Shown here: positions 14,974 to 22,651 of the stretch, piece after piece | Position numbering within the stretch: the first letter of the stretch is position 1 | Layout: each line of letters starts with the position of its first letter | Assembly: GCF_900289195.1 (NCBI RefSeq) | Contig: NZ_OMOH01000006.1 | Location: 90,001 to 122,000 of the forward strand | Direction of reading: 5' to 3' | DNA: 32,000 nt | Source of the DNA: Propionibacterium ruminifibrarum | GTDB taxonomy: Bacteria > Actinomycetota > Actinomycetes > Propionibacteriales > Propionibacteriaceae | The notes under the pieces: model-generated | Database searches by the model: none | What the model was told of the DNA's origin: nothing | What the model saw: the letters and a program-made list of their open reading frames with translations, nothing else | Program-made: the position numbers and the translations under genes

Positions 14974-16047
14974 ATGCCCGCACCACAAGGACCGGCCACC
15001 CGGCGCCGCATCCCGAGCACGATGTCGCTCGCCGCCATCCTCACCCTCGCCGTGCTCGTCGCGGCAACAACGATCCGCTGGGCCGCAGGGCAGCAGGAGC
15101 GGGAGCGCTGCGGCGGTCAGCCCTGCCCGCAGGCCTCGCCGAGCACGTCGGCTCCGAGCAGCTCAGGGCAGGACGGCACGACAGGAACGGGTGGAAGCCG
15201 CCACGGGTCCATCACCGATCCCGAGTTCATCGCCTGGGCAGTGGCCGACACCGAGGACAACACGGACGGTTTCACGCCCACCAAACTCCGGGTTGGGGTT
15301 TTAGCGGAAACGATGACCATCAGCGGCTATGACGCCTCAAGTGCCTACGTAATCCGCCGGTACTCCACGAACGGTTTCGAGTCGGAGAGCAGATCCGATG
15401 CAGCCGAAGACCAGGGCCCTGCCAGCACGAGCATGGAGGCTCCCTTGCCGACCGGGGCCGAGTTCTACGAACGCCTCGTGATCCATCTGGAGGACGTCGA
15501 TGCCGAGTGTCCGGGCCGCCTGGAGGTCAGCGCCACGAGCACTTGGTCGCAGCAGGCCGTCTACTCGCAGTTCTGTTCCTACAGATTGACCCGGGCTTGG
15601 GTGAACGAAACGCAAATACCCCTGCCCGACAGTTTCAGCGATGCCACAGCGATCTCCGAGGTCCTGGATCAGCCATTCGCCGTCGCCGCGCCCGATCGTC
15701 CCGTCACCGGCGTCGTACTCCGCTACGGCAACAGTCGGGAGGGCTGGGACGGTTGCCTGGTTTACCAGGACAATGCTGAGGGTTTCCTGGTGACGACCAG
15801 TCACCTGACCGGGGGATCCGACGATGCCATCACCACGCGGTGGATGTCGAGTAGGACAAGGAGCTGGGAGACCGGCCACGAGCTGAATCGCGACGAGATC
15901 GATCCCACCGTCATCGAAACCATCATGAACAGCACCATTGATGAGCATGGTCTGCTGACCATCATCTGGAGCACCGGGTTCGAGCAATTCACGATCCAGG
16001 CCCGCTCCGGCGCCGAGTACGCGCTCGACGGGACCCGGCTGAACTGA
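14974..16047 (+). CDS. hypothetical membrane-anchored (signal-anchor) protein, paralog 1
   Basis: 357 aa. N-terminal TM MSLAAILTLAVLVAATTI, a Ser/Gly/Thr linker, then a ~280-aa domain. It shares DPEF(I/V)xWA, a two-Cys block, (A/E)WxxxxxxxLP(D/E)xFS..(A/S)I(S/T)..LD and a C-terminal Y(A/T)LDG motif with the next gene. An alternative start at ATG 15022 is possible. Confidence 0.7.
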   Translation: MPAPQGPATRRRIPSTMSLAAILTLAVLVAATTIRWAAGQQERERCGGQPCPQASPSTSAPSSSGQDGTTGTGGSRHGSITDPEFIAWAVADTEDNTDGFTPTKLRVGVLAETMTISGYDASSAYVIRRYSTNGFESESRSDAAEDQGPASTSMEAPLPTGAEFYERLVIHLEDVDAECPGRLEVSATSTWSQQAVYSQFCSYRLTRAWVNETQIPLPDSFSDATAISEVLDQPFAVAAPDRPVTGVVLRYGNSREGWDGCLVYQDNAEGFLVTTSHLTGGSDDAITTRWMSSRTRSWETGHELNRDEIDPTVIETIMNSTIDEHGLLTIIWSTGFEQFTIQARSGAEYALDGTRLN

Positions 16048-16119
16048 CCCCTCACACCGACCCACTACCGCTGGTCCACTGGTTAGGATCGGGGGCGACC
16101 CCCAGGAACAAGGAGCCCC

Positions 16120-17181
16120 ATGCGACTGCGTCACAGCCCCTTCGCCAATCCATCGTCGTTGCTCAGGAGACGGCTGATGAGGATGCTCGTCACCGCCCTG
16201 GCCGTCCTCATCGCCCTGCTCGTCGTCCTCGCCGTCACCGTCACCGGCGCCATCGCCGGGCTCTTCTCGCCGGCGAAGGACGAACCGAGCGAGATCCACC
16301 CCATCGGGCCGAGCCTGCCGCAGGACGATGACGTCGCCGACCCCGAGTTCGTGGGCTGGGCGATCGACCAGTCGCTCGCCGCCGACTCCGCCTTCGAACC
16401 GACCCGCATCGTCATGACCAGTGACAGCCTCACGATCGCCGGCGCGAGCGGCTCCGACGGCGTCCGCTACCGCTACCTGCTCCCCGGGCGGGATCAGACG
16501 AGCTCCACCGACACCAGCAGCGCGAACCTGGCCGCCCTGGACCGGGATGCGCTCGACCTCGACCGGTTGCGGTCGACCTGGACGGGCGCCGACTGCGAGC
16601 ACGGCTCTCCGCAGGTCCAGGTCACGGCGGCTCGCGGCGGCGAGATCGCCTACTCAGTGCTGTGCCCCACCGACTCGGGGGACGGCTACGCGCTGACCGA
16701 AGCATGGCTCGGGGACGAGGAGATGACGCTGCCTGAGGGCTTCTCATCGCCCGAGTCCATCACGCGGGCGCTCGACGAGACACTGCCCGCCCTGACCGGT
16801 GACGCCCCGCTGTCGCAGGTCATCGTCCGGCAGGACCAGAACGACCCGAGCAAGGAACTGGTCCAGGCCACCCAGCCGGCGGACGAGTCGGGCCTGACCC
16901 TGTCCACCACCTACCTGCAGGCCCGCGGCGCCGAGAACCCGGCCGTGCTCACCGTCGAAGAGGAGACCGAGGAGCCATCGACGACCACAGGGCGGTTCTC
17001 CTGGGACGAGATCGACGCGCAGACGCTCACCGGGATCACCGACGCGTGCCGCGAGGACCCTGCGGTGAACCTCTACCAGGGCTTCCAGGTGCACTGGTCC
17101 GACGACTACTGGCAGTTCGTCGTCACGACGAACTCGAACCCGGCGCGTACCTACACGCTCGACGGGATCCTCCTGGCGTGA
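16120..17181 (+). CDS. hypothetical membrane-anchored protein, paralog 2
   Basis: 353 aa. AAGGAG lies 4 nt upstream of the ATG. TM is MLVTALAVLIALLVVLAVTVTGAIAGL. It is colinear with the previous gene (DPEFVGWAIDQ.., DCEHGSPQVQVTAARGGEIAYSVLC, EAWLGDEEMTLPEGFSSPESITRALDE, ..RTYTLDGILLA). Confidence 0.72.
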   Translation: MRLRHSPFANPSSLLRRRLMRMLVTALAVLIALLVVLAVTVTGAIAGLFSPAKDEPSEIHPIGPSLPQDDDVADPEFVGWAIDQSLAADSAFEPTRIVMTSDSLTIAGASGSDGVRYRYLLPGRDQTSSTDTSSANLAALDRDALDLDRLRSTWTGADCEHGSPQVQVTAARGGEIAYSVLCPTDSGDGYALTEAWLGDEEMTLPEGFSSPESITRALDETLPALTGDAPLSQVIVRQDQNDPSKELVQATQPADESGLTLSTTYLQARGAENPAVLTVEEETEEPSTTTGRFSWDEIDAQTLTGITDACREDPAVNLYQGFQVHWSDDYWQFVVTTNSNPARTYTLDGILLA

Positions 17182-17191
17182 GGGTGTTCCT

Positions 17192-17235
17192 GTCCGGCCC
17201 AGCTCACCGCACGGGCGACGTCAGCCGGGCCGGAC
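17192..17235. terminator. imperfect hairpin in the convergent gap between paralog 2 and ahpF
   Basis: GTCCGGCCCAGC (17192-17203) pairs with GCCGGGCCGGAC (17224-17235) with one mismatch and a 20-nt loop. Confidence 0.3.
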
Positions 17236-17242
17236 GGGCGGA

Positions 17243-18808
17243 TCAGGACCGGCCGCGGACCAGCCAGTCCCAGGCCGACAGGCCGGCGGTGGCGCCGGCG
17301 CCCGAGGCGATGACGATCTGCTTGTAGGGCGTGTTGGTGCAGTCGCCCGCGGCGAAGACGCCGGGCATGCTGGTGGTGCCGCGGGCGTCGATGATGATCT
17401 GGCCGCGCCCATCACGGTCGACCTCGTCCGGCAGCCAGCCGGTGCTCGGTACCAGCCCGATCTGGACGAAGACGCCATCGAGCTCGGCGGTGGTCTCCTC
17501 GCCACTGGCGCGGTCCTGGTAGCGGATCGCCGTCACCCGGTCGCCGTTGCCGAGCACCTCCTGGACGGCGGCGTTCGTGACGACCTCGATGCTCGGGGTC
17601 TCGCCCATGCGCCGCAGCAGCACCTCGTCGGCCTTGCACTCGGGCATGAACTCGATGACGGTGACGCTGCGGGCGACACCGGCCAGGTCGAGTGCCGCCT
17701 CGGCGCCGGAGTTGCCGCCGCCGATGACGGCCACGTCCTTGCCCTTGAAGAGCGGGCCGTCGCAGTGGGGACAGTAGGTGACGCCCTTGTTGCGGTACTC
17801 CTGCTCACCGGGCACCCCCATCTGGCGCCAGCCGGCGCCGGTCGCCAGGACGACCGCCCCGGCACGCAGGGCGGCGTCCGGCCCCACCTGGACGGTGATG
17901 GTGCCGTCGTCGGCGCGGCTGAGGCCGGTCGCGGTGACCCCGTCGATGATGTCGATGTCGTCGTACTCGCTCGCGTGGGCGCGCAGATCGCCGGCCAGTT
18001 TCGGACCCTCGGTGTGGGGCACGGAGATGAGGTTCTCGATGGCCAGGGTGTCGTTGACCTGGCCGCCGAAGCGATCGCCGATGATGCCGGTGCGGATGCC
18101 CTTGCGCGCCAGGTAGATGGCCGCCGAGACACCGGCCGGCCCCTGTCCGACGACGAGCACCTGGTAGGGGGCCCGGTCGTTGAGCCCGGCGCTGGCGGCG
18201 GCACCGGCCTCGGGGTCGAGTGCGGCGATGATCTGGGCGGCCTCCATGCGCCCCTGGCCGAAGAGCTCCCCGTTCAGGTACATGGTCGGGGTGGCCAGGA
18301 TGTTCCGTGCCTCGACCTCGTCCCGGAACAGGGAGCCGTCGACGATCGTGTGCCGGATCCTGGGGTTGATGACCGCCATGGCATTGATGGCCTGGACGAC
18401 GGTCGGGCAGTTCTGGCAGGTCAGCGAGATGTAGGTGATGAACTCCTGGTCGGACTGGACCGCCTTGACTGCTTCGATGGTCGCCTCGTCCAGTTTGACG
18501 GGGTTGCCGCCGACCTGGAGCAGGGCCAGGGCGAAGGAGGTGAACTCGTGCCCCAGCGGCAGCGCCGAGAAGGTGATCGAGATCCCGGTGCCCGGCGAGG
18601 TGAGCGAGAAGGACGGTCTGCGATCGTGGGCGGTGTCGTCGCGCCGGACGCTGATGCGTTCGGACAGGGCGGCGACCTGCCCGAGCATCTCGTCGATCCG
18701 GTGCGACTGCTCGCGGTCGTCGAGGCTGACGACGCATTCGACGGGCCTGGTGATGCGGTCCATCAGCGGGCGCAGCTGGGCGATGAGTTTCTCGTCGAGT
18801 ACTGCCAT
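17243..18808 (-). CDS. ahpF: alkyl hydroperoxide reductase subunit F
   Basis: 521 aa. N-terminal double thioredoxin fold contains ISLTCQNCPTVVQAIN. The C-terminal flavoprotein part has VLVVGQGPAGVSAAIYLARKG, TYCPHCDGPLF and VAVIGGGNSGAEAALDLA. Confidence 0.93.
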   Translation of the reverse strand: MAVLDEKLIAQLRPLMDRITRPVECVVSLDDREQSHRIDEMLGQVAALSERISVRRDDTAHDRRPSFSLTSPGTGISITFSALPLGHEFTSFALALLQVGGNPVKLDEATIEAVKAVQSDQEFITYISLTCQNCPTVVQAINAMAVINPRIRHTIVDGSLFRDEVEARNILATPTMYLNGELFGQGRMEAAQIIAALDPEAGAAASAGLNDRAPYQVLVVGQGPAGVSAAIYLARKGIRTGIIGDRFGGQVNDTLAIENLISVPHTEGPKLAGDLRAHASEYDDIDIIDGVTATGLSRADDGTITVQVGPDAALRAGAVVLATGAGWRQMGVPGEQEYRNKGVTYCPHCDGPLFKGKDVAVIGGGNSGAEAALDLAGVARSVTVIEFMPECKADEVLLRRMGETPSIEVVTNAAVQEVLGNGDRVTAIRYQDRASGEETTAELDGVFVQIGLVPSTGWLPDEVDRDGRGQIIIDARGTTSMPGVFAAGDCTNTPYKQIVIASGAGATAGLSAWDWLVRGRS

Positions 18809-18837
18809 GGTCGTGTCTCCTGGTCGGCGGCCGGCGG

Positions 18838-19401
18838 TCAGATCTTGCCGACGAGGTCGAGGCCCGGGGTCAGGGTGTCGCCGGTCTCGTCCCAGTGCGC
18901 GGGGCAGACCTGGTCGGGGTGCTGGCGGATGTACTGGGCGGCTCGGACCTTGCGCAGCAGCTCGGTGGCGTCACGGGCGATGCCGTCGGCGCTGACCTCC
19001 ATGAGCTGGATGACGCCATCGGGGTCGATGAGGAAGGTGCCGCGGTCGGCCAGGCCCTCGCCCTCACGGAGCACCTGGAAGTTGGTTGCCAGCTGGGCCG
19101 AGGGATCGCCGAGCATGTAGTACTGCACCTTCTGGACCTGGTCGGAGTCGGTGTGCCAGGCGGCATGGACGAAATGGGTGTCCGTGGAGGCGGAGTAGAT
19201 CTCGACGCCGAGGGCGGTGAACTCGTCGTAGTGATCGGCCAGATCGCCGAGTTCGGTGGGGCAGACGAAGGAGAAGTCGGCCGGGTAGAAGAAGACGACG
19301 GCCCACTTTCCTCGCAGGGTCTCGTCGGTGACCTCGACGAAGTCCCCCTGGTGGAAGGCGGTGGTCTTGAAGGGAAGGAGCTGGGTTCCTACGAGCGACA
19401 C
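18838..19401 (-). CDS. ahpC: peroxiredoxin AhpC (typical 2-Cys)
   Basis: GTG start with AGGAGG 8 nt upstream. Reads WAVVFFYPADFSFVCPTELGDLADHYDEF..STDTHFVHAAWH..EGLADRGTFLIDPDGVIQ..VCPAHWDETGDTLTPGLDLVGKI. From memory it is colinear motif for motif with enterobacterial AhpC. Confidence 0.95.
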   Translation of the reverse strand: MSLVGTQLLPFKTTAFHQGDFVEVTDETLRGKWAVVFFYPADFSFVCPTELGDLADHYDEFTALGVEIYSASTDTHFVHAAWHTDSDQVQKVQYYMLGDPSAQLATNFQVLREGEGLADRGTFLIDPDGVIQLMEVSADGIARDATELLRKVRAAQYIRQHPDQVCPAHWDETGDTLTPGLDLVGKI

Positions 19402-19639
19402 TGCGGGTACCTCCTGGTCCTGGTCGATGGATGTGTCACCGGTGCAACCCGGGGAGCGAACGGTCTTGTTCCCCTACCCGCGGTCATTTCGCCATCTGCT
19501 CGCGGTCCATCACCCCTCCTGTGCGAATCCCCTTGTCGGAAGCCATTTCCGCTCGTCAGCCGAGGGCGAACAGCACCAGGTGGGGTCGTGCTGCGGGCAG
19601 CCGGGAGGAAACCGTGGGGCTCCTCCGCGAGGTGTCGGC

Positions 19640-20329
19640 TCAGGCGTCGCGCAGATCCAGTGCGACCCGCCGGTCGGACCGGTGGAAGATCCTGACTCGT
19701 CGATCGACGCGCTGCTGCACCTCACCGTCGTCGACCCATCCGGTCGAGCGCAACGCCCGATGCACCCCGGTGTTGCCCGCATCGGGTTCGACGACGACCA
19801 GGTGGCATCGCGGGTCTGCGTCGATGAGGGCATCAGCCATGATGGGCAGCAGCGGCGAGAACACTCCCCTGCCGGTCATCGCGGGTTCTCCTATCGCGAT
19901 GTGGAAGCCCAGGTCATGGGGCCTCGCCGCATAGCATCGGCCGATCTCGTCACGTGCGGGGCGGTAGACCTCCACGTACCCGGCCGCGATACCCCGGTAC
20001 AGCAGGATCAACGGCACCGAGTAGGTCCCCGCCAGCCGCTCCCGCCAGTCATCGGCCCATCGCCGCGCGGGCCACGCCTGGTCCCACGTGGCGACCAGGT
20101 GGGGCCGGGCCATCCATGCGGCGACCATCTCGGCGTCCTCCTCGGGATCGGCGACCCGCAGTTCGACATCGGCATGCCCCAGGCGGTCCCTGGTGAACCG
20201 GGCCAGATCCGGAACCGGTGGCCCGTCGGCGAGCACCCAGTCCCGTGGCACATCCGTGCGGAGGCGGGCCAGTACCCGCCGGGTGGCCTCCTGACCATTC
20301 CCGCCGGTCGGCTGCTCTCCTCTGCTCAT
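19640..20329 (-). CDS. GNAT N-acyltransferase of the siderophore type (IucB/MbtK-like, Acetyltransf_8)
   Basis: The ATG at 20329 has GAAGGAG 4 nt upstream; the track start at 20470 lacks an RBS. Reads VELRVADPEEDAEMVAAWMARPHLVATWDQAW..PHDLGFHIAIGEPAMTGRGV..DPRCHLVVVEPDAGNTGVHRALRSTGW, the pattern I associate with N-hydroxylysine/ornithine acyltransferases. Confidence 0.75.
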   Translation of the reverse strand: MSRGEQPTGGNGQEATRRVLARLRTDVPRDWVLADGPPVPDLARFTRDRLGHADVELRVADPEEDAEMVAAWMARPHLVATWDQAWPARRWADDWRERLAGTYSVPLILLYRGIAAGYVEVYRPARDEIGRCYAARPHDLGFHIAIGEPAMTGRGVFSPLLPIMADALIDADPRCHLVVVEPDAGNTGVHRALRSTGWVDDGEVQQRVDRRVRIFHRSDRRVALDLRDA

Positions 20330-21026
20330 GATTCTCCTTCCCGACGCCCCAGCCGCGGTCCTGGGCGATTCATCGCGGACCGCACCACCGACCCGTTCCA
20401 GGTGCAGCGCGGGGCTCATGACTCTCCGACACTTCGCGGCGGCAACACGATCCACGGTCGTCACCGACACGGCTCGGCGGTCACCACGACTGCAGCGTAG
20501 GCGCCTCGGATGTGATCGGGCGTGAATTCTTCACAGCATGCCGGTGATTCCAAGGACGCGAACGAAATCAACGGCCAGTTCATCGCGCAGTTGTTCACCG
20601 GGCGCGATTCATCGATCGGAGGGACCCGCCATCAGTCGTTCGGCGCATCCGGCCATGCCGCCCGCCCCTACCGTCGAGAACCCCATACGTGCTTGTCACA
20701 TCGGACTCCAGGTGGCCGACCCCGCAGAACACGCCACCGCCGGAGCACTCATCCCTCAGGTGATGTCACGCCCGGCCGGCACATTTCGGACCAGAAATCC
20801 CTGCACGGCATTCAGGATTCGCCCCGGCATTTCCCTGCCGACCCCGGAGCACGCCACTTCACCAGTGTGTTCCACTCACGGTCGGAGCCCACTGGGAATC
20901 ACCCCAGATGATTCTGTGAATGAGTCCGGCGGCATTCCAGAATTATTTTCGTGAATAGGCTTCATGTGTTGCACGAGCAGGGTTTGGCGACCGCTGTTCA
21001 CCCGTTTTCGAAGGAGTTGATCCGCT

Positions 21027-22343
21027 GTGACCTCACTCGTCATCATCGGCGCAGGACCCAAGGCCGTCGCCGTTCAGGCCAAGGCTCATGTCCTCCGCGG
21101 GCTGGGGATGACGCTTCCGGAGATCCAGGTCGTGGACCCTGTCGGTGTCGGCGGCAACTGGCTTCCCGAGGGCGGGTGGACCAACGGGCGGCATGTCCTG
21201 GGCACCTCGCCCTTCAAGGATGTCGGCTTCCCCTACCGCACGCGCATTGCCGACGCCCTGCCGCCCGACCCTGATGCCGACGGCATGACTGGATCGCTGA
21301 GCCGAGTCGTCGACCGCGAGCTGCTCGCCCTGAGCTGGGTACGGTTCCTCATCGAGACCGGCCGCTACGCCTCGTGGATCGACCGCGGCCAGCCCCGGCC
21401 GCAGCACCGGCTGTGGGCGGAGTACCTGCGCTGGGTCGCCGCCCGCACCGGCCTGGATCCGATCCGGGGTCGGGTCACCGGTCTGCATGCCGATGCCGCC
21501 GGCTGGTCGTTGTCGGTCGACATGATCGATGGCTGGGGCCGGACCGTCACCGGTGACGCCCTGCTCGTCACGGGCCCGGGGCCCAGCACGCGTCGTATCG
21601 CGGAGATCCCCCGGGTGTACTCCCTGGCCGGCTTCTGGCGGATCATCGCCGACCACGAACTGCCCGAGGCCGCCAGGATCGCGGTCATCGGCGGCGGCGA
21701 GAGCTCAGCGAGCGTCATCAGCGAGATGATCAGGCACGATGTCGACGAGATCAGTCTCGTCTGCCCCGCCGCGACGCTCTTCTCCCGGGGTGAGGGCCAG
21801 TTCGAGAACGCGATGTACTCCGACCCGCACAAATGGGCGGACCTCGATGACGAGGCCAGACGGGACTTCATCTCGCGCACGGACAGGGGGGTGATCTCCG
21901 TCGCGATGCACGAGTGCCTGAGTTCTGATGACCGCATCGCCCATCTGCGCGGCACGGTGCGCGATGCCCGCGAAGCCGGCTCAGGGGTGGAACTCACCGT
22001 GACGGACCCGGTGCAAGGATCCCACACCGCCTTCTTCGACCTGGTGGTCGATGCCCGCGGCGGCAGCCCCGTGTGGTTCACCGAGCTGATGGACCAGCAG
22101 ACCCGGTCGCTGGTGGCCGCGGCCTGTGGCGGCGACCTCACCGCCGGTTCTCTCGAGAGTCGCATGACTCCGGCACTCGCCGTGGACGGCCTTTCCCCGC
22201 TGCTGTTCGTCCCGTCGCTGTCGGGGTTCCGCCATGGGCCGGGATTGGCGAATCTGAGCTGTCTCGGGGAACTCTCCGACAGGATTCTTGCGGGTATCGG
22301 CGTGGGCCATCTGCCGGGGAGCAGTCCCACTGCGGTCACCTGA
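21027..22343 (+). CDS. FAD-dependent amine N-hydroxylase (SidA/IucD/PvdA family, MbtG-like lysine N6-monooxygenase)
   Basis: GTG start with GAAGGAG upstream. Reads LVIIGAGPKAVAVQAKAHVLRGLG..GVGGNWLPEGGWTNGRHVLGTSPFKDVGFPY..ARIAVIGGGESSASVISEM..LFVPSLSGFRHGPGLANLSCLGELSDRIL. This matches my recollection of MbtG-type enzymes: two dinucleotide-binding motifs plus the C-terminal LSCLG motif. Confidence 0.78.
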   Translation: MTSLVIIGAGPKAVAVQAKAHVLRGLGMTLPEIQVVDPVGVGGNWLPEGGWTNGRHVLGTSPFKDVGFPYRTRIADALPPDPDADGMTGSLSRVVDRELLALSWVRFLIETGRYASWIDRGQPRPQHRLWAEYLRWVAARTGLDPIRGRVTGLHADAAGWSLSVDMIDGWGRTVTGDALLVTGPGPSTRRIAEIPRVYSLAGFWRIIADHELPEAARIAVIGGGESSASVISEMIRHDVDEISLVCPAATLFSRGEGQFENAMYSDPHKWADLDDEARRDFISRTDRGVISVAMHECLSSDDRIAHLRGTVRDAREAGSGVELTVTDPVQGSHTAFFDLVVDARGGSPVWFTELMDQQTRSLVAAACGGDLTAGSLESRMTPALAVDGLSPLLFVPSLSGFRHGPGLANLSCLGELSDRILAGIGVGHLPGSSPTAVT

Positions 22344-22358
22344 CGCCGTCACCCGGGC

Positions 22359-22398
22359 GCGAAAAATCCCCGTACCCATCCGGCACGGGGATTTTCGC
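22359..22398. terminator. bidirectional rho-independent terminator (monooxygenase gene and tRNA-Tyr)
   Basis: GCGAAAAATCCCCGT (22359-22373) pairs with ACGGGGATTTTCGC (22385-22398), 11-nt loop. The CCCCGT/ACGGGG core is flanked by an A-run on one side and a T-run on the other, so either strand gets a stem plus U-tract. Confidence 0.7.
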
Positions 22399-22400
22399 AC

Positions 22401-22420
22401 CGCGGGGCCGTGGCCCCGCG
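22401..22420 (-). other. second GC hairpin immediately 3' of tRNA-Tyr
   Basis: CGCGGGGCC (22401-22409) gt GGCCCCGCG (22412-22420), 3 nt from the tRNA 3' end. Possible processing or termination element. Confidence 0.4.
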
Positions 22421-22423
22421 CGG

Positions 22424-22505
22424 TGGCAGGTGAAGGATTCGAACCTTCGTAGGCATCGCCGACGGTTTTACAGACCGCTCCCATTGGCCGCTCGGGCAAC
22501 CTGCC
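22424..22505 (-). tRNA. tRNA-Tyr (anticodon GTA), long variable arm
   Basis: Minus strand GGCAGGT-TG-CCCG-AGCGGCCAATGGGAG-CGGT-CTGTAAA-ACCG-..variable arm TCGGCGATGCCTACGA..-AGG-TTCGAAT-CCT-TC-ACCTGCC-A. Anticodon loop is CU-GUA-AA. Confidence 0.9.
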
Positions 22506-22517
22506 ATGCGACGACAG

Positions 22518-22523
22518 ACTCTA
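22518..22523 (-). promoter_or_regulatory. -10-like TAGAGT upstream of tRNA-Tyr
   Basis: Minus strand reads TAGAGT, ending 12 nt before the tRNA 5' end. No convincing -35. The first repeat unit of the array abuts the -35 position. Confidence 0.35.
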
Positions 22524-22534
22524 CCAGTCTCTTC

Positions 22535-22651
22535 CCCGCAGGGGAAATTGGATGGAGTCCCGCAGGGGAAATTGGACGGAGCCCCGAGGGTACTCGGGAT
22601 GGACCCCCGAGGGTACTCGGAGCGCAGCCCCGAGGGGGTACTCGTTGATGG
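22535..22651. repeat. degenerate tandem array, five units of 22-24 bp, each with an internal short palindrome
   Basis: Five units, plus a possible sixth eroded unit from 22652:
- cccgcaggggaaattggatggagt (22535-22558)
- cccgcaggggaaattggacggag (22559-22581)
- ccccgagggtactcgggatgga (22582-22603)
- cccccgagggtactcggagcgcag (22604-22627)
- ccccgagggggtactcgttgatgg (22628-22651)
Unit lengths of 24/23/22/24/24 do not preserve a reading frame. Confidence 0.85.

Noticed and set aside
15337-16602. 421-aa - strand ORF
   Set aside because: It spans the intergenic gap between the two paralog genes on the opposite strand. The + strand proteins show mutual homology, TM anchors and RBSs, which this frame lacks.
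17765-19120. 451-aa + strand ORF
   Set aside because: It is antisense to ahpF and ahpC and crosses their intergenic spacer.
20522-20954. Two overlapping + strand ORFs (129 and 138 aa) in the divergent intergenic region
   Set aside because: His/Arg/Pro/Ser-rich, no RBS, and mutually overlapping in different frames. The first ~30 codons of 20522 look mildly protein-like, so a pseudogene trace remains possible.
20330-21026. DtxR/IdeR iron box upstream of the hydroxamate genes
   Set aside because: The best candidate, GTGAATAGGCTTCATGTGT, matches the 19-bp consensus at only about a third of positions by my count. Not convincing without a scoring matrix.
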